Below the pieces are notes generated by a model. The model was not told the DNA's origin, searched no databases, and saw only the letters and a list, made by a program, of their open reading frames with translations. Source: a virus (taxonomy: Duplodnaviria; Caudoviricetes). From it: a stretch of DNA of 64,000 nucleotides. Positions 8,209-17,787 of this stretch are shown here, piece after piece (the stretch's first letter is position 1; each line of letters starts with the position of its first letter). The DNA is taken from the IMG/VR virus record IMGVR_UViG_2910013374_000001, positions 42,485-106,484 of that record. One strand, written 5' to 3'. Both the position numbers and the translations under genes were made by a program.

Positions 8209-8925
8209 ATGGCATCCCTCAAGCTCCCGTTTCAGACCGCACCAGCAGAAGAGCGGGTAGTCCTAGGGAATGAGCGCACAGGCACTCTGGAGTTTCCCGT
8301 CTACAACGATCTGACGATCACCGAGACGGCTTTCATGGCCGCCAACGGAGCAAAGAACACAGCCTTCACCTACACATCCAAGACCGCTCTCAAGATCGCC
8401 CGCGTTGAGAACGCCAAGCCGATTGATACCCATAACTTCGTCTCCAAAGTCCTGGTCGCCTCGATGGGTGGTCAAGTGAACTTCACAGAGCTGGAATTGG
8501 CCTGGCAGGTCAAGTACATCCGTGAACTCGAGGAGACCGCCTTCAAGGTTCTCGAGCTGTCTGTGATGCAACAGCAAGTGCTTGTGACTTGCGTGATCCG
8601 CCACCGTCTTCCAGGAATGCACGAGTGGAATCCCGAGGACACCGCAAGCCTCCCGAGTGAACTCTGTGAGGCCATTTATGAGTTCGCTCTAAAGGAGCAG
8701 GGACGAGGAGAGGATTTCGACAAGGAGGGCGCCGTCGAGGAGGTTGCGGAAATGCTGGGAAAGTCGAAGACGGAACCTACGGAGGAGTCGAGCACCCCGA
8801 CTGGGGAGACATCTTCCACCAGCTCAGAGACCTCTACCCCGGCTCCCAAGAGTTCACGCCGGAAACGTTCGGCCAGCTCAAAAGCGGATACGTCCTCGAG
8901 TGCCTCCGAGAAGGAAGCCGGCTAA
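8209..8925 (+). CDS. Tail assembly chaperone (lambda gpG-like)
   Basis: In-frame G-GGA-AAG slippery site at 8757-8763; ATG 29 nt after CGGAACACT. Confidence 0.75.
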   Translation: MASLKLPFQTAPAEERVVLGNERTGTLEFPVYNDLTITETAFMAANGAKNTAFTYTSKTALKIARVENAKPIDTHNFVSKVLVASMGGQVNFTELELAWQVKYIRELEETAFKVLELSVMQQQVLVTCVIRHRLPGMHEWNPEDTASLPSELCEAIYEFALKEQGRGEDFDKEGAVEEVAEMLGKSKTEPTEESSTPTGETSSTSSETSTPAPKSSRRKRSASSKADTSSSASEKEAG

Positions 8926-9422
8926 GACGCGATCACTATCACGCTCTGGAGCTGCCAATCGCGCAGCTCTCAAGCATTCACGCCAACTTGAACAGGGACC
9001 CCAAAAGGACCCGCAAGGCCTATACGGCCGAGGACTTCTGCTTCTTCGTCGACCACGGCTACAACAAGCCGGAGGAACGAGCGGCTCGAGCCTTCATGTC
9101 TTTGGTGCAAGCCAAGCAACTCCCAAGCTTTGCTCTTGGTTTCTTCTCAGACTTCAAGCACGGCAAAGCGAGCAAGGCTCCATGGGAGGAGCAGGCCCTC
9201 GTTCACGAGAGCTTCATTCTGCTTGCGCCGATGCCGATCGATGGTGGATTCACCGGCACGATGCTCGCTGAAAACGAAGTTGCAGGTCAGGTGATCGAGG
9301 TTCAGCACATGGGCCAAACCTGGGTGATTCAAGTACCTGACTTCAAGGACTACGTGAAGGCTGAAAACAGCATCGAGATCGATGTGGTCAGGCCGCCTGA
9401 GCCTGTTCCGCCTGGATCATGA
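8760..9422 (+). CDS. -1 frameshift extension of the tail assembly chaperone (gpGT-like)
   Basis: The -1 frame is open from the slip site (KVEDGTYGGVEHPDWGDIFHQL...) into track ORF 8988-9422. Confidence 0.75.
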   Translation, partial: KVEDGTYGGVEHPDWGDIFHQLRDLYPGSQEFTPETFGQLKSGYVLECLREGSRLRRDHYHALELPIAQLSSIHANLNRDPKRTRKAYTAEDFCFFVDHGYNKPEERAARAFMSLVQAKQLPSFALGFFSDFKHGKASKAPWEEQALVHESFILLAPMPIDGGFTGTMLAENEVAGQVIEVQHMGQTWVIQVPDFKDYVKAENSIEIDVVRPPEPVPPGS

Positions 9423-9933
9423 CGATCGCCTCAAGATTGGACTCCCACTGCTCGCCACCTGTGCGGTCGCCCTGGGCCATCCAGCTTTCGATCTCAAGCT
9501 CACGAGTGCGGCAATAGAAGTCTTGCTTCCGATACCACTCCTTCCAGTCCTCACTTCCCTTGTCGGTGTTGCAGGACTGGCAGGCCGGGACGAGATTCCT
9601 GGTCAGGTCTTCGCCTCCTTTGCTCTTTGGTTTGACGTGGTCAAGAGTGAGAGATTCGTCGTCGATTGGTGTGGCGTTGCAAAAAGCGCAGCGGTTGTCC
9701 CAGCAGGCCTTGATCCCGTCGCGCCAGATGGCTCGGGCTTCCTTTCTATTCATTGTTTCCAGGGCGAAGAGGTAGTCCTTGTGCGTGGGCCTGGGTGGCT
9801 CAACAGAGCCGAACTTCCAGGCGGGAGAGGGATAGGTGCCGCTCACTTGCTGCAAGTGACGGAGAAGCTGCTGTTGGTCGAAAGAGCGCGACGCATAGGC
9901 TTCTCCGGCTTCTACCGGTGCGATGGATGCCAT
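9388..9933 (-). CDS. HNH endonuclease
   Basis: CAFC...LTLDHVKPKSKGG...NLVPACQSCNTDKG. Confidence 0.9.
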   Translation of the reverse strand: MASIAPVEAGEAYASRSFDQQQLLRHLQQVSGTYPSPAWKFGSVEPPRPTHKDYLFALETMNRKEARAIWRDGIKACWDNRCAFCNATPIDDESLTLDHVKPKSKGGEDLTRNLVPACQSCNTDKGSEDWKEWYRKQDFYCRTRELEIESWMAQGDRTGGEQWESNLEAIVMIQAEQAQAA

Positions 9934-10019
9934 AGCGTTCCCGAGAAGGCAGTGGTGGCCTGACTTTCCCGGTGGCCTTGTGCTCGGAACCCTGGACACA
10001 CGAATGCGCACGCCCTCCC

Positions 10020-10451
10020 GTGATCGAGTCAGCCAACGAGATCCTGTTGAAGCTTCAGGCGGACGCAGACTTCATGGCGAACGTCGGCCACTACGACTTC
10101 GGCAGCGGGATCATCGAGACAGCTCTGACCGTGCTCGCTTCCAATCAGCACGTCCCGAACATCAAGCAAGTCGTCGGAGTCGAGGCGATCATCGGCCGCG
10201 TGCCAGACATGACCTCCAGGGCGATGGTCGCTGGCTGCAGCATCCGCGAAAAAATGTGGAGGGTCTACCTGGTTCAGTACGCAGGAAGTGACCTCGACGC
10301 AGCAATGCTTGCCGCTGATCGCATCGTTGATCTTTGTCCTGGGGCGTCTTACAGCTCAGTCGGTACAGGGGACACTCAGTCCGAGATCGCAGGTATCGAG
10401 CAGATAGTCGTCAAAATTCCAGCTCATGCTCCGTGGGCTGATCTGAACTAG
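10020..10451 (+). CDS. Putative tail terminator
   Basis: GTG 35 nt after CGGAACCCT; size and position. Confidence 0.5.
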   Translation: MIESANEILLKLQADADFMANVGHYDFGSGIIETALTVLASNQHVPNIKQVVGVEAIIGRVPDMTSRAMVAGCSIREKMWRVYLVQYAGSDLDAAMLAADRIVDLCPGASYSSVGTGDTQSEIAGIEQIVVKIPAHAPWADLN

Positions 10452-10485
10452 GGGACGGAAGACTCCAGAAGGTCGGAAGGGGCTT

Positions 10486-11553
10486 ATGGCGTCGCTGGAT
10501 CAGCTAAAGAAGAAGATCCAGGGCAACCCCGTCCTCAAGGCCGCGATCGGCGATGGCTCGATTCGCATTATTTACAAGGAACCGCCCGTCATCGACGAGG
10601 ACAGGTTGTTCCGCACCTGGACGCTTGAAGTCCTGATCGTTGACGACAGCACGTACAACGGCCTGATCCAGAAGTCCCTCGAGACGCTTGGCTTCGATGC
10701 CAGCCGCAAAGGCGACAAGATCACAGCCGTCCTCGATGAGGCCATCACCGCCAGTGAGCGGCAGGAGATGGAGGCCGACGACAGGCAAGAACGCAAGGCC
10801 GCAAAAGTCCAGGCAGACGAACGCAGGGATGACCTGCTGATCAAGACGCTCGAGGCCATGCAGGCCAAGATCGATGCGCTCGAGGAGAAGATCGAGTTCA
10901 TGTCCCTGGTGAAGGCCAAGGGGCAAGCAGGCCCGCCCGGACGACAAGGTCCGAGTGGTGCCGCGGGACGTGACGGCCAAGATCTCCTGGCTACGGACGC
11001 CAATCTTCAGGACCTGAACGACGTCTCAGACGAAACCCCCAAGCAGGGCCAAGTCGTGATGTATCAGGAGGCGACGGACTCCTGGGAGCTGCGCTTCCCC
11101 CCAATGGGAGGCGGCGGCGGCGGTGGTGGCGGAGCTGGTGGTGGTCAGGCCAAGCTTCAGCACTGGACCGAGACAAGTGAGGGGCACCTGGTTCCCAACG
11201 GCGAGGACCAGAACCTGGGCTCACCGACTCAGCCGGTTCGCGAGATCTATGTGACGGGCAACACCGTCTACATGGACAACAAGCCGCTATCGATCAACGA
11301 GAACGAGCGGATCTCATTTGACGGCAATCAGCTGGGCTATGGCGACGGCGACGTTTCTGAAGCTCCTGAGAACTCGGTTGCTTATGTCCGTAGAGATGGC
11401 ACCTGGATCCCTTTGGACACGGTCAACACCGATATCGAGTTGCCCACCTCCATCACTGCATACCCCAGCAACTACGCCAACATCGTCATCGACCTCGACA
11501 CCGGTTTGCTCGTTGCTGTGGAACCTGAGGACGTGATCAGCCCAGAGGGCTGA
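10486..11553 (+). CDS. Fibre/collar-like structural protein
   Basis: Coiled coil, collagen-like GPPGRQGPSG, LQDLNDV motif, EAP...YVRRDGTW foldon-like motif. Confidence 0.65.
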   Translation: MASLDQLKKKIQGNPVLKAAIGDGSIRIIYKEPPVIDEDRLFRTWTLEVLIVDDSTYNGLIQKSLETLGFDASRKGDKITAVLDEAITASERQEMEADDRQERKAAKVQADERRDDLLIKTLEAMQAKIDALEEKIEFMSLVKAKGQAGPPGRQGPSGAAGRDGQDLLATDANLQDLNDVSDETPKQGQVVMYQEATDSWELRFPPMGGGGGGGGGAGGGQAKLQHWTETSEGHLVPNGEDQNLGSPTQPVREIYVTGNTVYMDNKPLSINENERISFDGNQLGYGDGDVSEAPENSVAYVRRDGTWIPLDTVNTDIELPTSITAYPSNYANIVIDLDTGLLVAVEPEDVISPEG

Positions 11554-11611
11554 GAGAGGAAGCCTGAACTGATGGCCCACCAGTCATCGGATTCCAGCTC
11601 CTAGGAGACTT

Positions 11612-13402
11612 ATGGCCAGTTTTAAGGTCTCGCAGTTCACTGGGGTGACAGACACGACAGCAGATTCTCTGCTGCTCCTGGCGTACACCGCAGACAACGG
11701 CGCAACTTATTCCACACGAAAGATCCGCGTACAGGATCTTCTTGATGACCTCGCGCAAGATTCAGATCTCACCAGCCTGCTCACCCTTCAAGGTGTCCCT
11801 GCAGGATCAGCTGATCTGGGCAGCTTTACGGGCGACACGATCGCCGAGGGCGCAACAATCAAGGAAGCCCTTCAGGCCCTTGAGAGCAGCCTCGAACTTC
11901 AGCAAGGCGCTCTGACTGCCGGCAACGGTGTCGAGCTCGATGCTCAGGGAAACATCTCTTTGAAGATCGCCACCGGCGGCTTCCTTGAGTTCTCTAGCGA
12001 TGAGCTAAGTGTCAAGACTCTCGACGAAGATGACTTCGTCAGCAACAGCGACAGCCACCTCCCGACTCAGCAGTCGGTCAAGGCCTACGTTGACACCCAG
12101 ATCAGCACCCTTGGCAGCGTTTCTGAAGGCGCTTATGTCAAGAAGGACGGCTCTGTCGCCTTCGAGGGTGACCAGTCCATGGGCGGCTTTGAGCTGACCA
12201 ACCTGGCGATCCCGACACAGGATTCTTCCGCTGCCACGAAGCAGTATGTGGACCTGGCCGTTCAAGGCCTGGACCTCAAAGAGTCCGTCCGTGCAGCCAC
12301 AACTGTTGAGCTTGCTCTCGTCGGTGAGCAGGTTGTTGACGGTGTGTCCCTGACGGCAGGTGATCGCGTTCTGGTCAAGAGCCAGACCGACGCCAGCGAG
12401 AACGGCATCTACGTCGTCGACGCAGGCGCTTGGACCCGTGCAGAAGACGCCGATGGCAACCCCGACGGTGAAGTCACCTCAGGGATGTTCACCTTCGTCG
12501 AAGAAGGCACGGTCAATGGTCAGAACGGCTTCTCGCTGTCGACTGCCAACCCGATCCTTGTAGGCGCAACGGATCTCACTTTTGTTCAGTTCTCTGGCGC
12601 TGGTCAGATCACCGCTGGAAACGGCATCTCGATCACTGGCAACGAGATCAGCGTTGCTCCTGCTGTCCTTTCGGACATCAGTGACCTGGCCTCCCTTACT
12701 GGAGTGAGCGGAAGCAGCGATCTCGGGACGTTTGCTGGCGACACGATCGCCGATTCCTCGACCATCAAGGAAGCTCTCCAATCCCTGGAGACCCTGGCCG
12801 AAGCAGTCGCCTCGAACATCGCGACGAACGACACCGAACTGGCTGATCATGAGAGCCGGATCGCTGCCAACGAGCTGAACATCGCCTCGATCGATGGAAT
12901 CAATACAGCTCAGTCCACCCGCATCTCTGACCTTCAGGATGCTTTAGGTGCTGCTGACGGTGTGCAGGACATGGGCTCCTTTACGGGTGCCACCATCACC
13001 GACAACGGATCCGTCCGTGACGCCCTGCAAGAACTGGAAACAGCTCTCGAGCAGCTGGCACTTGACTCAGGCTCCGGCTCTGCTGTTGCAGCCAACTTGG
13101 CTGAGATCACCGCCCTGCGTTCCGCTCAAGGAACTGCTAACGGCGACATCAACCTCGGCACCTTCACCGGTGGCACGATCAGCGACAACGCCAGCGTGAA
13201 AACCGCCTTGAGCGAGTTGGAAGCTGCTGTTGAAGCTGGTGCTGGCAACTACGTCAGCAAAGGCGCCAACGTCACCGAATTGGTGGCTGGAACGGTTGCA
13301 GAGACCGAGCCTGCTAACTACCTCTTCATGGTGGTTGACCAGGCCGATGGCTCAATCAAGGTCCTCGACAAGACTTTCATCGAGACCGAAGAATCCGCCT
13401 GA
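11612..13402 (+). CDS. Head/tail fibre protein with four DLGxFTGxTIxDxxxxKxALxxLE repeats
   Basis: AATKQYVD...GDRVLVKSQT...ENGIY...WTRA fibre domain; coiled coils. Confidence 0.75.
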   Translation: MASFKVSQFTGVTDTTADSLLLLAYTADNGATYSTRKIRVQDLLDDLAQDSDLTSLLTLQGVPAGSADLGSFTGDTIAEGATIKEALQALESSLELQQGALTAGNGVELDAQGNISLKIATGGFLEFSSDELSVKTLDEDDFVSNSDSHLPTQQSVKAYVDTQISTLGSVSEGAYVKKDGSVAFEGDQSMGGFELTNLAIPTQDSSAATKQYVDLAVQGLDLKESVRAATTVELALVGEQVVDGVSLTAGDRVLVKSQTDASENGIYVVDAGAWTRAEDADGNPDGEVTSGMFTFVEEGTVNGQNGFSLSTANPILVGATDLTFVQFSGAGQITAGNGISITGNEISVAPAVLSDISDLASLTGVSGSSDLGTFAGDTIADSSTIKEALQSLETLAEAVASNIATNDTELADHESRIAANELNIASIDGINTAQSTRISDLQDALGAADGVQDMGSFTGATITDNGSVRDALQELETALEQLALDSGSGSAVAANLAEITALRSAQGTANGDINLGTFTGGTISDNASVKTALSELEAAVEAGAGNYVSKGANVTELVAGTVAETEPANYLFMVVDQADGSIKVLDKTFIETEESA

Positions 13403-13427
13403 TCCTGATCAGATCAATCGGAACTCT

Positions 13428-13449
13428 GGGGGCACTTGCCCCCTTTTTT
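13428..13449 (+). terminator. Intrinsic terminator
   Basis: GGGGGCA-CT-TGCCCCC + T6. Confidence 0.75.
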
Positions 13450-13450
13450 C

Positions 13451-13675
13451 ATGGCACCTCGTGAAGAGCTGATCGAACTTGTGGAGGCTTATGCAGCCGC
13501 GAAAAAGACCGACAACAAGCTGCTCATCGGCATGGCCAGCAAGGCCCTGGGTGCATTTCTGAAGTCCGTCGACATCGTCAAGCCAGTCGATGTTCCTGAG
13601 GAAATCAAGCAGGCCGTCGAGGTCCAGCTGCCCAAGAAACCCGCCGCTTCACGCAGGTCAAGATCAAAAAGCTGA
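13451..13675 (+). CDS. Small hypothetical late protein
   Basis: ATG 32 nt after CGGAACTCT. Confidence 0.65.
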   Translation: MAPREELIELVEAYAAAKKTDNKLLIGMASKALGAFLKSVDIVKPVDVPEEIKQAVEVQLPKKPAASRRSRSKS

Positions 13676-13708
13676 TGCGGAAGCCTGTGGCGTCACAGCG
13701 CCACTCGC

Positions 13709-15532
13709 ATGAAGATCTCAGGCTTTCAGGCAGTCCCGGACGGCTCGGACGAGTCCCTGTTGATGATCAGCTACACCGAAGACGGTGGCGCGACCTTCAA
13801 GACCCGGAAGATCCGGCTTGAAGACTTCATCGATGACTTTCGCGTCGAAGATCTGGCGAACGTGGGCGAGGACGTCGAGGCTTTCGATGGTGCCGTCCTG
13901 TCATGGAGCCAAGCGGATCAGTACTGGCACGCGGTCAATCCAGCGATTGCAGCGGCCCCCGTTGCAGCGGGCTTCACCCTTGGCCTGACTCAGAAGCTTC
14001 TGGCTGAGAACCGCCAGATCGGAAAGACCGTTTTCGCTGTTCCTTACGTCTACAGCGATCGAGATGCCTTGGCGGTCGCACGCCCTGAAGGTGGAGTCGA
14101 GCGTGGCCGCTGTCAGGTCGTCAGCCTTGAAGACGGGAACACCCTCTTCGTTTACGCCAGCGGAAACGACTTCCTCACCCAGACGATCCAGGAAGGTCCG
14201 ATCTTCCTGAGCAAGGGCGAGATCTATGTGATCGACGAGGTCGTCCCTGGCGCGATCATCACGATGGAAGAGGGCGGATATGGCATCTGCGAGCAGGGCA
14301 GCGGCGCCAGCGTGTCGCCCATGCCACTGCTCAGCCTTGCGCTCGGCTTCAACGATTCATTCTTTTTCGCCTTCAGGAACTCAGAAGGCCAGACCCCAGG
14401 TGGAACGGACCAAGGCTGGATCCATGTGGTGAATGGTCCGATCGCCTCGACGGTCAACCTGCAGTTCGGCAACGGCCTCCCGGTCGCGGACTACGACGGG
14501 AACTTCCAGATCGGAATCGAGCTGGCCCCCTGGGAATATCGCCGCCTCTACACCCGAGGAAACACCGAATACCGGCTCACCAGTAGTCAGCTCTGCATGG
14601 CTGCACTGAACGCAAGCATGGGCCCGAGCCCGCGCTTCTACGACTCGCGGCTGATCATGCCGATGACGACTGACGGGATCACTTGGCCAAGGTCCGGATT
14701 CGTCTCGGCCCAGTTCCCCAGCACCCTGGTTCGCTACTGGAACAACGCTGGATTCAAGGGAGCTAACAACGATGGCAGTTTCGTCGTCAGCCCTGGCGCC
14801 CCGATCGACTCCGACAGCCAAGACGGCACAGCTGCCGCTCAGTCCGATTACGAGGCAGAAGGCGCCACCCGTTACAAGGCGGCAGGCGTGATCTCGGCCT
14901 ACTCAGGCGCCGACTCAGCCGGTCTGGAAGCCACTCCTCTGCTGGCCACGAAGAACATGACCCAGCGGGTGGCCATCCCTTGTTTCGTCGCTGCTTCGGG
15001 TGATGGCGGCAACAACGGGATTGCAGTCGCCTCTCCATTCGCTGGAAGTTTCCGCCTGTACGAATGGAACCCAGCCACCGGTCAGGCCGAAGTTGTCACG
15101 GTGGCCAACTCAAACAACGCCTTCATCCAAGACATTCCCCTCGCGAGGCGAACGGGCTCGACACCAGCCGCGAACGCGGAGGAGCAGAACGTCCCCGCCT
15201 CAGCCATGGTCAGCCGGATCAGAGAAGGCGACAACTGCATCTGGACAGGAACTCAGGCGAGCGCTGGATTCAATGGCGGATATGTGGAAGCGACCGTCCC
15301 GATCACGGTGGTGGTGAACTCCGAGCAGAACAGCGCCAACAGCAGCACTCCTGATCGGTTCTATCGGGGAACAGGAGGACAACAGCTTCCCGGAATCCCC
15401 ATCAATGACGACGAGACCCTGATGGTCGGGATCACGCCTTTTGACATCAAGGCAGAGATCAGACGCGGAGATGACGGTCGCTTTTTTCGCCGAAAGATCA
15501 ATCAATGGAACACGACTTGGGAGATCGTCTGA
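13709..15532 (+). CDS. Fibre/receptor-binding protein, N-terminal paralog of 11612
   Basis: KISGF...SLLMISYTEDGGATFKTRKIRLEDF vs KVSQF...SLLLLAYTADNGATYSTRKIRVQDL. Confidence 0.7.
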   Translation: MKISGFQAVPDGSDESLLMISYTEDGGATFKTRKIRLEDFIDDFRVEDLANVGEDVEAFDGAVLSWSQADQYWHAVNPAIAAAPVAAGFTLGLTQKLLAENRQIGKTVFAVPYVYSDRDALAVARPEGGVERGRCQVVSLEDGNTLFVYASGNDFLTQTIQEGPIFLSKGEIYVIDEVVPGAIITMEEGGYGICEQGSGASVSPMPLLSLALGFNDSFFFAFRNSEGQTPGGTDQGWIHVVNGPIASTVNLQFGNGLPVADYDGNFQIGIELAPWEYRRLYTRGNTEYRLTSSQLCMAALNASMGPSPRFYDSRLIMPMTTDGITWPRSGFVSAQFPSTLVRYWNNAGFKGANNDGSFVVSPGAPIDSDSQDGTAAAQSDYEAEGATRYKAAGVISAYSGADSAGLEATPLLATKNMTQRVAIPCFVAASGDGGNNGIAVASPFAGSFRLYEWNPATGQAEVVTVANSNNAFIQDIPLARRTGSTPAANAEEQNVPASAMVSRIREGDNCIWTGTQASAGFNGGYVEATVPITVVVNSEQNSANSSTPDRFYRGTGGQQLPGIPINDDETLMVGITPFDIKAEIRRGDDGRFFRRKINQWNTTWEIV

Positions 15533-16200
15533 TGGTTTCCCTTGACTTTGAATCGGCCCTGGCGGCCGCTTGCAGTGACGCGTCCTACGAGTACAAGCCG
15601 GTGGCTGGTTGCCGGCTGATTTGGGAGCACCACCAGGGCAGCGATTCCGTTGGGATCTATGCCTACCAAGACCAGCCAGATTGGCTTGTGTTGACCTTTC
15701 GAGGTTCAGAAGAGCTTCGTGACTGGAGCCGGAACTTCAGGGCATTCCCACGCCATCAGGGTGAGATTCACGGGGGATATGCCCGCTGTTGGGCGGGTCT
15801 GAGCCATGCGGTCGAGGAGAAGCTTGCTGGCCTTTCTTTCACTCATCTGACGATTACTGGCCACTCCATGGGCGGTGCAGTGGCGACCCTTGCGGCTTGG
15901 CAGCTGCCATGGGCTTGCCACTTGATCACTTTCGGCAGCCCTCGAGTGGTGAACCATTCGCTTGCGGAACGGATCCAAGAGAAGGTTCCAGTCGTGAGGC
16001 GCTTCGTTCATGGCGGCGATGTTGTCCCCCTCTATCCCGTTCTCCTTCATCGCCACGTCGGAGAGGTCCGGCGGATTGGTGCGGAGCGAACTTTGGTGCG
16101 GATGTTGCTCAAAGGTTTTGCTGATCACCACCCGAAGCGATATGCGGAACTGCTGGCCACTTCTTTGAAAACAACCGGTTGGGGTTCGAATCCCGACTGA
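15532..16200 (+). CDS. Lipase class 3 family alpha/beta hydrolase
   Basis: FRGS...DW, HGG, ITGHSMGGAVA, TFGSPRV, DVVP, DH motifs; TGATG coupling. Confidence 0.88.
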   Translation: MVSLDFESALAAACSDASYEYKPVAGCRLIWEHHQGSDSVGIYAYQDQPDWLVLTFRGSEELRDWSRNFRAFPRHQGEIHGGYARCWAGLSHAVEEKLAGLSFTHLTITGHSMGGAVATLAAWQLPWACHLITFGSPRVVNHSLAERIQEKVPVVRRFVHGGDVVPLYPVLLHRHVGEVRRIGAERTLVRMLLKGFADHHPKRYAELLATSLKTTGWGSNPD

Positions 16201-16302
16201 AAGCTCTAGAGGAGTTCTTACCAGAACCAAGCCCGGAATCCTCAGACAGAAGGGGCAGGTCTCGCCACGCCCCGACCCGTCACTTCAAGGAGTTCCCTTC
16301 CT

Positions 16303-16932
16303 ATGGCTTCCTGTTCTCAGTATTCAGCCGCATTCGGCTATCAAGTATTCATCACTCCTGTCAGCGCTTGCGGCGTTGACCTGAACTCAGTCAACGGCGG
16401 CGTCGGCGCTGGTGGCTTCATCGATCCCACAGCTCTTGCTCCTGCAACCGAAAAGATTGTCGAAGGCGCTAGCGCTGCTGAGATTCTCTTGGGCGATCCT
16501 GGTGCGAACATCGTTTATGACAACGACACTGTAACGACCGAGACAGTGTTCAAGCTCCTGGGCCTGACCAACGCAGCTCTCGAGACTGACACCTCTTCCG
16601 AGACCGTCACCACCTACGACACCGAGTCAAAGGGTTTCGACCAGAACGTCGCTACCTCCAAGAGCTGGAGCCTCAGCTTGGAAGGTGTGAGCCAGTTCGG
16701 CGACTCCGCCTACAAGGCGCTCCGTCTTCTTGAGCTCAACTCTGTTGCTGGTTCACTCAAGTGCAAGATCGGCCGCATCGGTCCTTCCGGAACTGTTGAG
16801 TCCGTTTACGGCTACGTGACCCTGACCAACTTCTCTGAATCAGTAGAAGCAGGTTCAATCGTTTCCTGGAGCGTGACAGCTACTGGCTACGGTCCGATCT
16901 CTATCGATCTGGACAACAGCGCCAGCGTTTAG
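16303..16932 (+). CDS. Major tail tube protein
   Basis: ETVTTYD...SKSWSLSLEG...GYVTLTNFSES...IVSWSVTATGYG; strong RBS; upstream of tape measure. Confidence 0.85.
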   Translation: MASCSQYSAAFGYQVFITPVSACGVDLNSVNGGVGAGGFIDPTALAPATEKIVEGASAAEILLGDPGANIVYDNDTVTTETVFKLLGLTNAALETDTSSETVTTYDTESKGFDQNVATSKSWSLSLEGVSQFGDSAYKALRLLELNSVAGSLKCKIGRIGPSGTVESVYGYVTLTNFSESVEAGSIVSWSVTATGYGPISIDLDNSASV

Positions 16933-17499
16933 CTGACTGGAGGAGTCGCCTCCGCTTCAGTAACTGATGCCGGCATCGCTATCGCTGACGACATCTACTC
17001 GGCCCAGGCCCTGTCAACTACAGGGTCCGGCGCTGATGCCACCGCAGACATCGAAGTCTCAGGTGGCACCGTTACCGGCTTCACCATCGTGAACGCCGGC
17101 ACCGGTTACAAGGTTGCAGACCAACTGTCCGCAACCCTTCCAGGAGAGGACACCATCACTCCTGGAACTGGCGAGGTTCTCACCACCAGCTTCACCGCTG
17201 GCGATGGCCTGGACGCAGCAGACGAGACCCTTGTTGGTGTCGCCTCTTCTTCCACTACATCGATCTCTGGTGCTGGAGCCAGCTTCGACATCACCATCAC
17301 CGGTGGTGCAGTTACCGACGTCCAGCTCAATGCTGCTGGCGCCGACTACGAAGCAGCCGACGAAATCACAATCTTTGCTTCCGATCTTGGAGCAACTACA
17401 GGCACCGATCTGGTCATCACTGTCGCCACCGTCGACGAAGACACCATTTCAGCAGGTCCAGACGTCACCATCACGGCAGCCGTCTCAACCATCGCCTGA
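16933..17499 (+). CDS. In-frame C-terminal extension of tail tube beyond a single TAG (probable read-through)
   Basis: Same frame as 16303, stop-free 16933-17496, beta-rich GSGA..I.V.GG.V...NAG.GY repeats begin before the first GTG. Confidence 0.7.
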   Translation: MTGGVASASVTDAGIAIADDIYSAQALSTTGSGADATADIEVSGGTVTGFTIVNAGTGYKVADQLSATLPGEDTITPGTGEVLTTSFTAGDGLDAADETLVGVASSSTTSISGAGASFDITITGGAVTDVQLNAAGADYEAADEITIFASDLGATTGTDLVITVATVDEDTISAGPDVTITAAVSTIA

Positions 17500-17567
17500 T
17501 CATCGACCTGAAGTCCCCCACCTACCAATCCGCGACTCATCGGCAAGGACAAGGACCACGGAATACC

Positions 17568-17590
17568 AGGGGCCAGTTGGCCCCTTTTTT
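17568..17590 (+). terminator. Intrinsic terminator
   Basis: AGGGGCCA-GT-TGGCCCCT + T tract. Confidence 0.75.
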
Positions 17591-17764
17591 ATGCACGTTC
17601 CCCAGCTGGTTTATGACCAACGGCTTGCGATCTGTAGGGGTTGCATCAGATGGCTACCAAGTGATCGCTGTAGTGCTTGTGGCTGCTTCATGTCAGTCAA
17701 GGCCAGGGCTGCACACATCAAGTGCCCGTTGGGGTTTTGGGAGACCTGGGCGCCGGAAGCCTGA
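17591..17764 (+). CDS. Small six-Cys protein (DUF6171-like)
   Basis: RLAICRGC...CSACGCF...K......CPLGFW. Confidence 0.7.
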   Translation: MHVPQLVYDQRLAICRGCIRWLPSDRCSACGCFMSVKARAAHIKCPLGFWETWAPEA

Positions 17765-17787
17765 AAGGACGTTGAACAGGCGACCAG

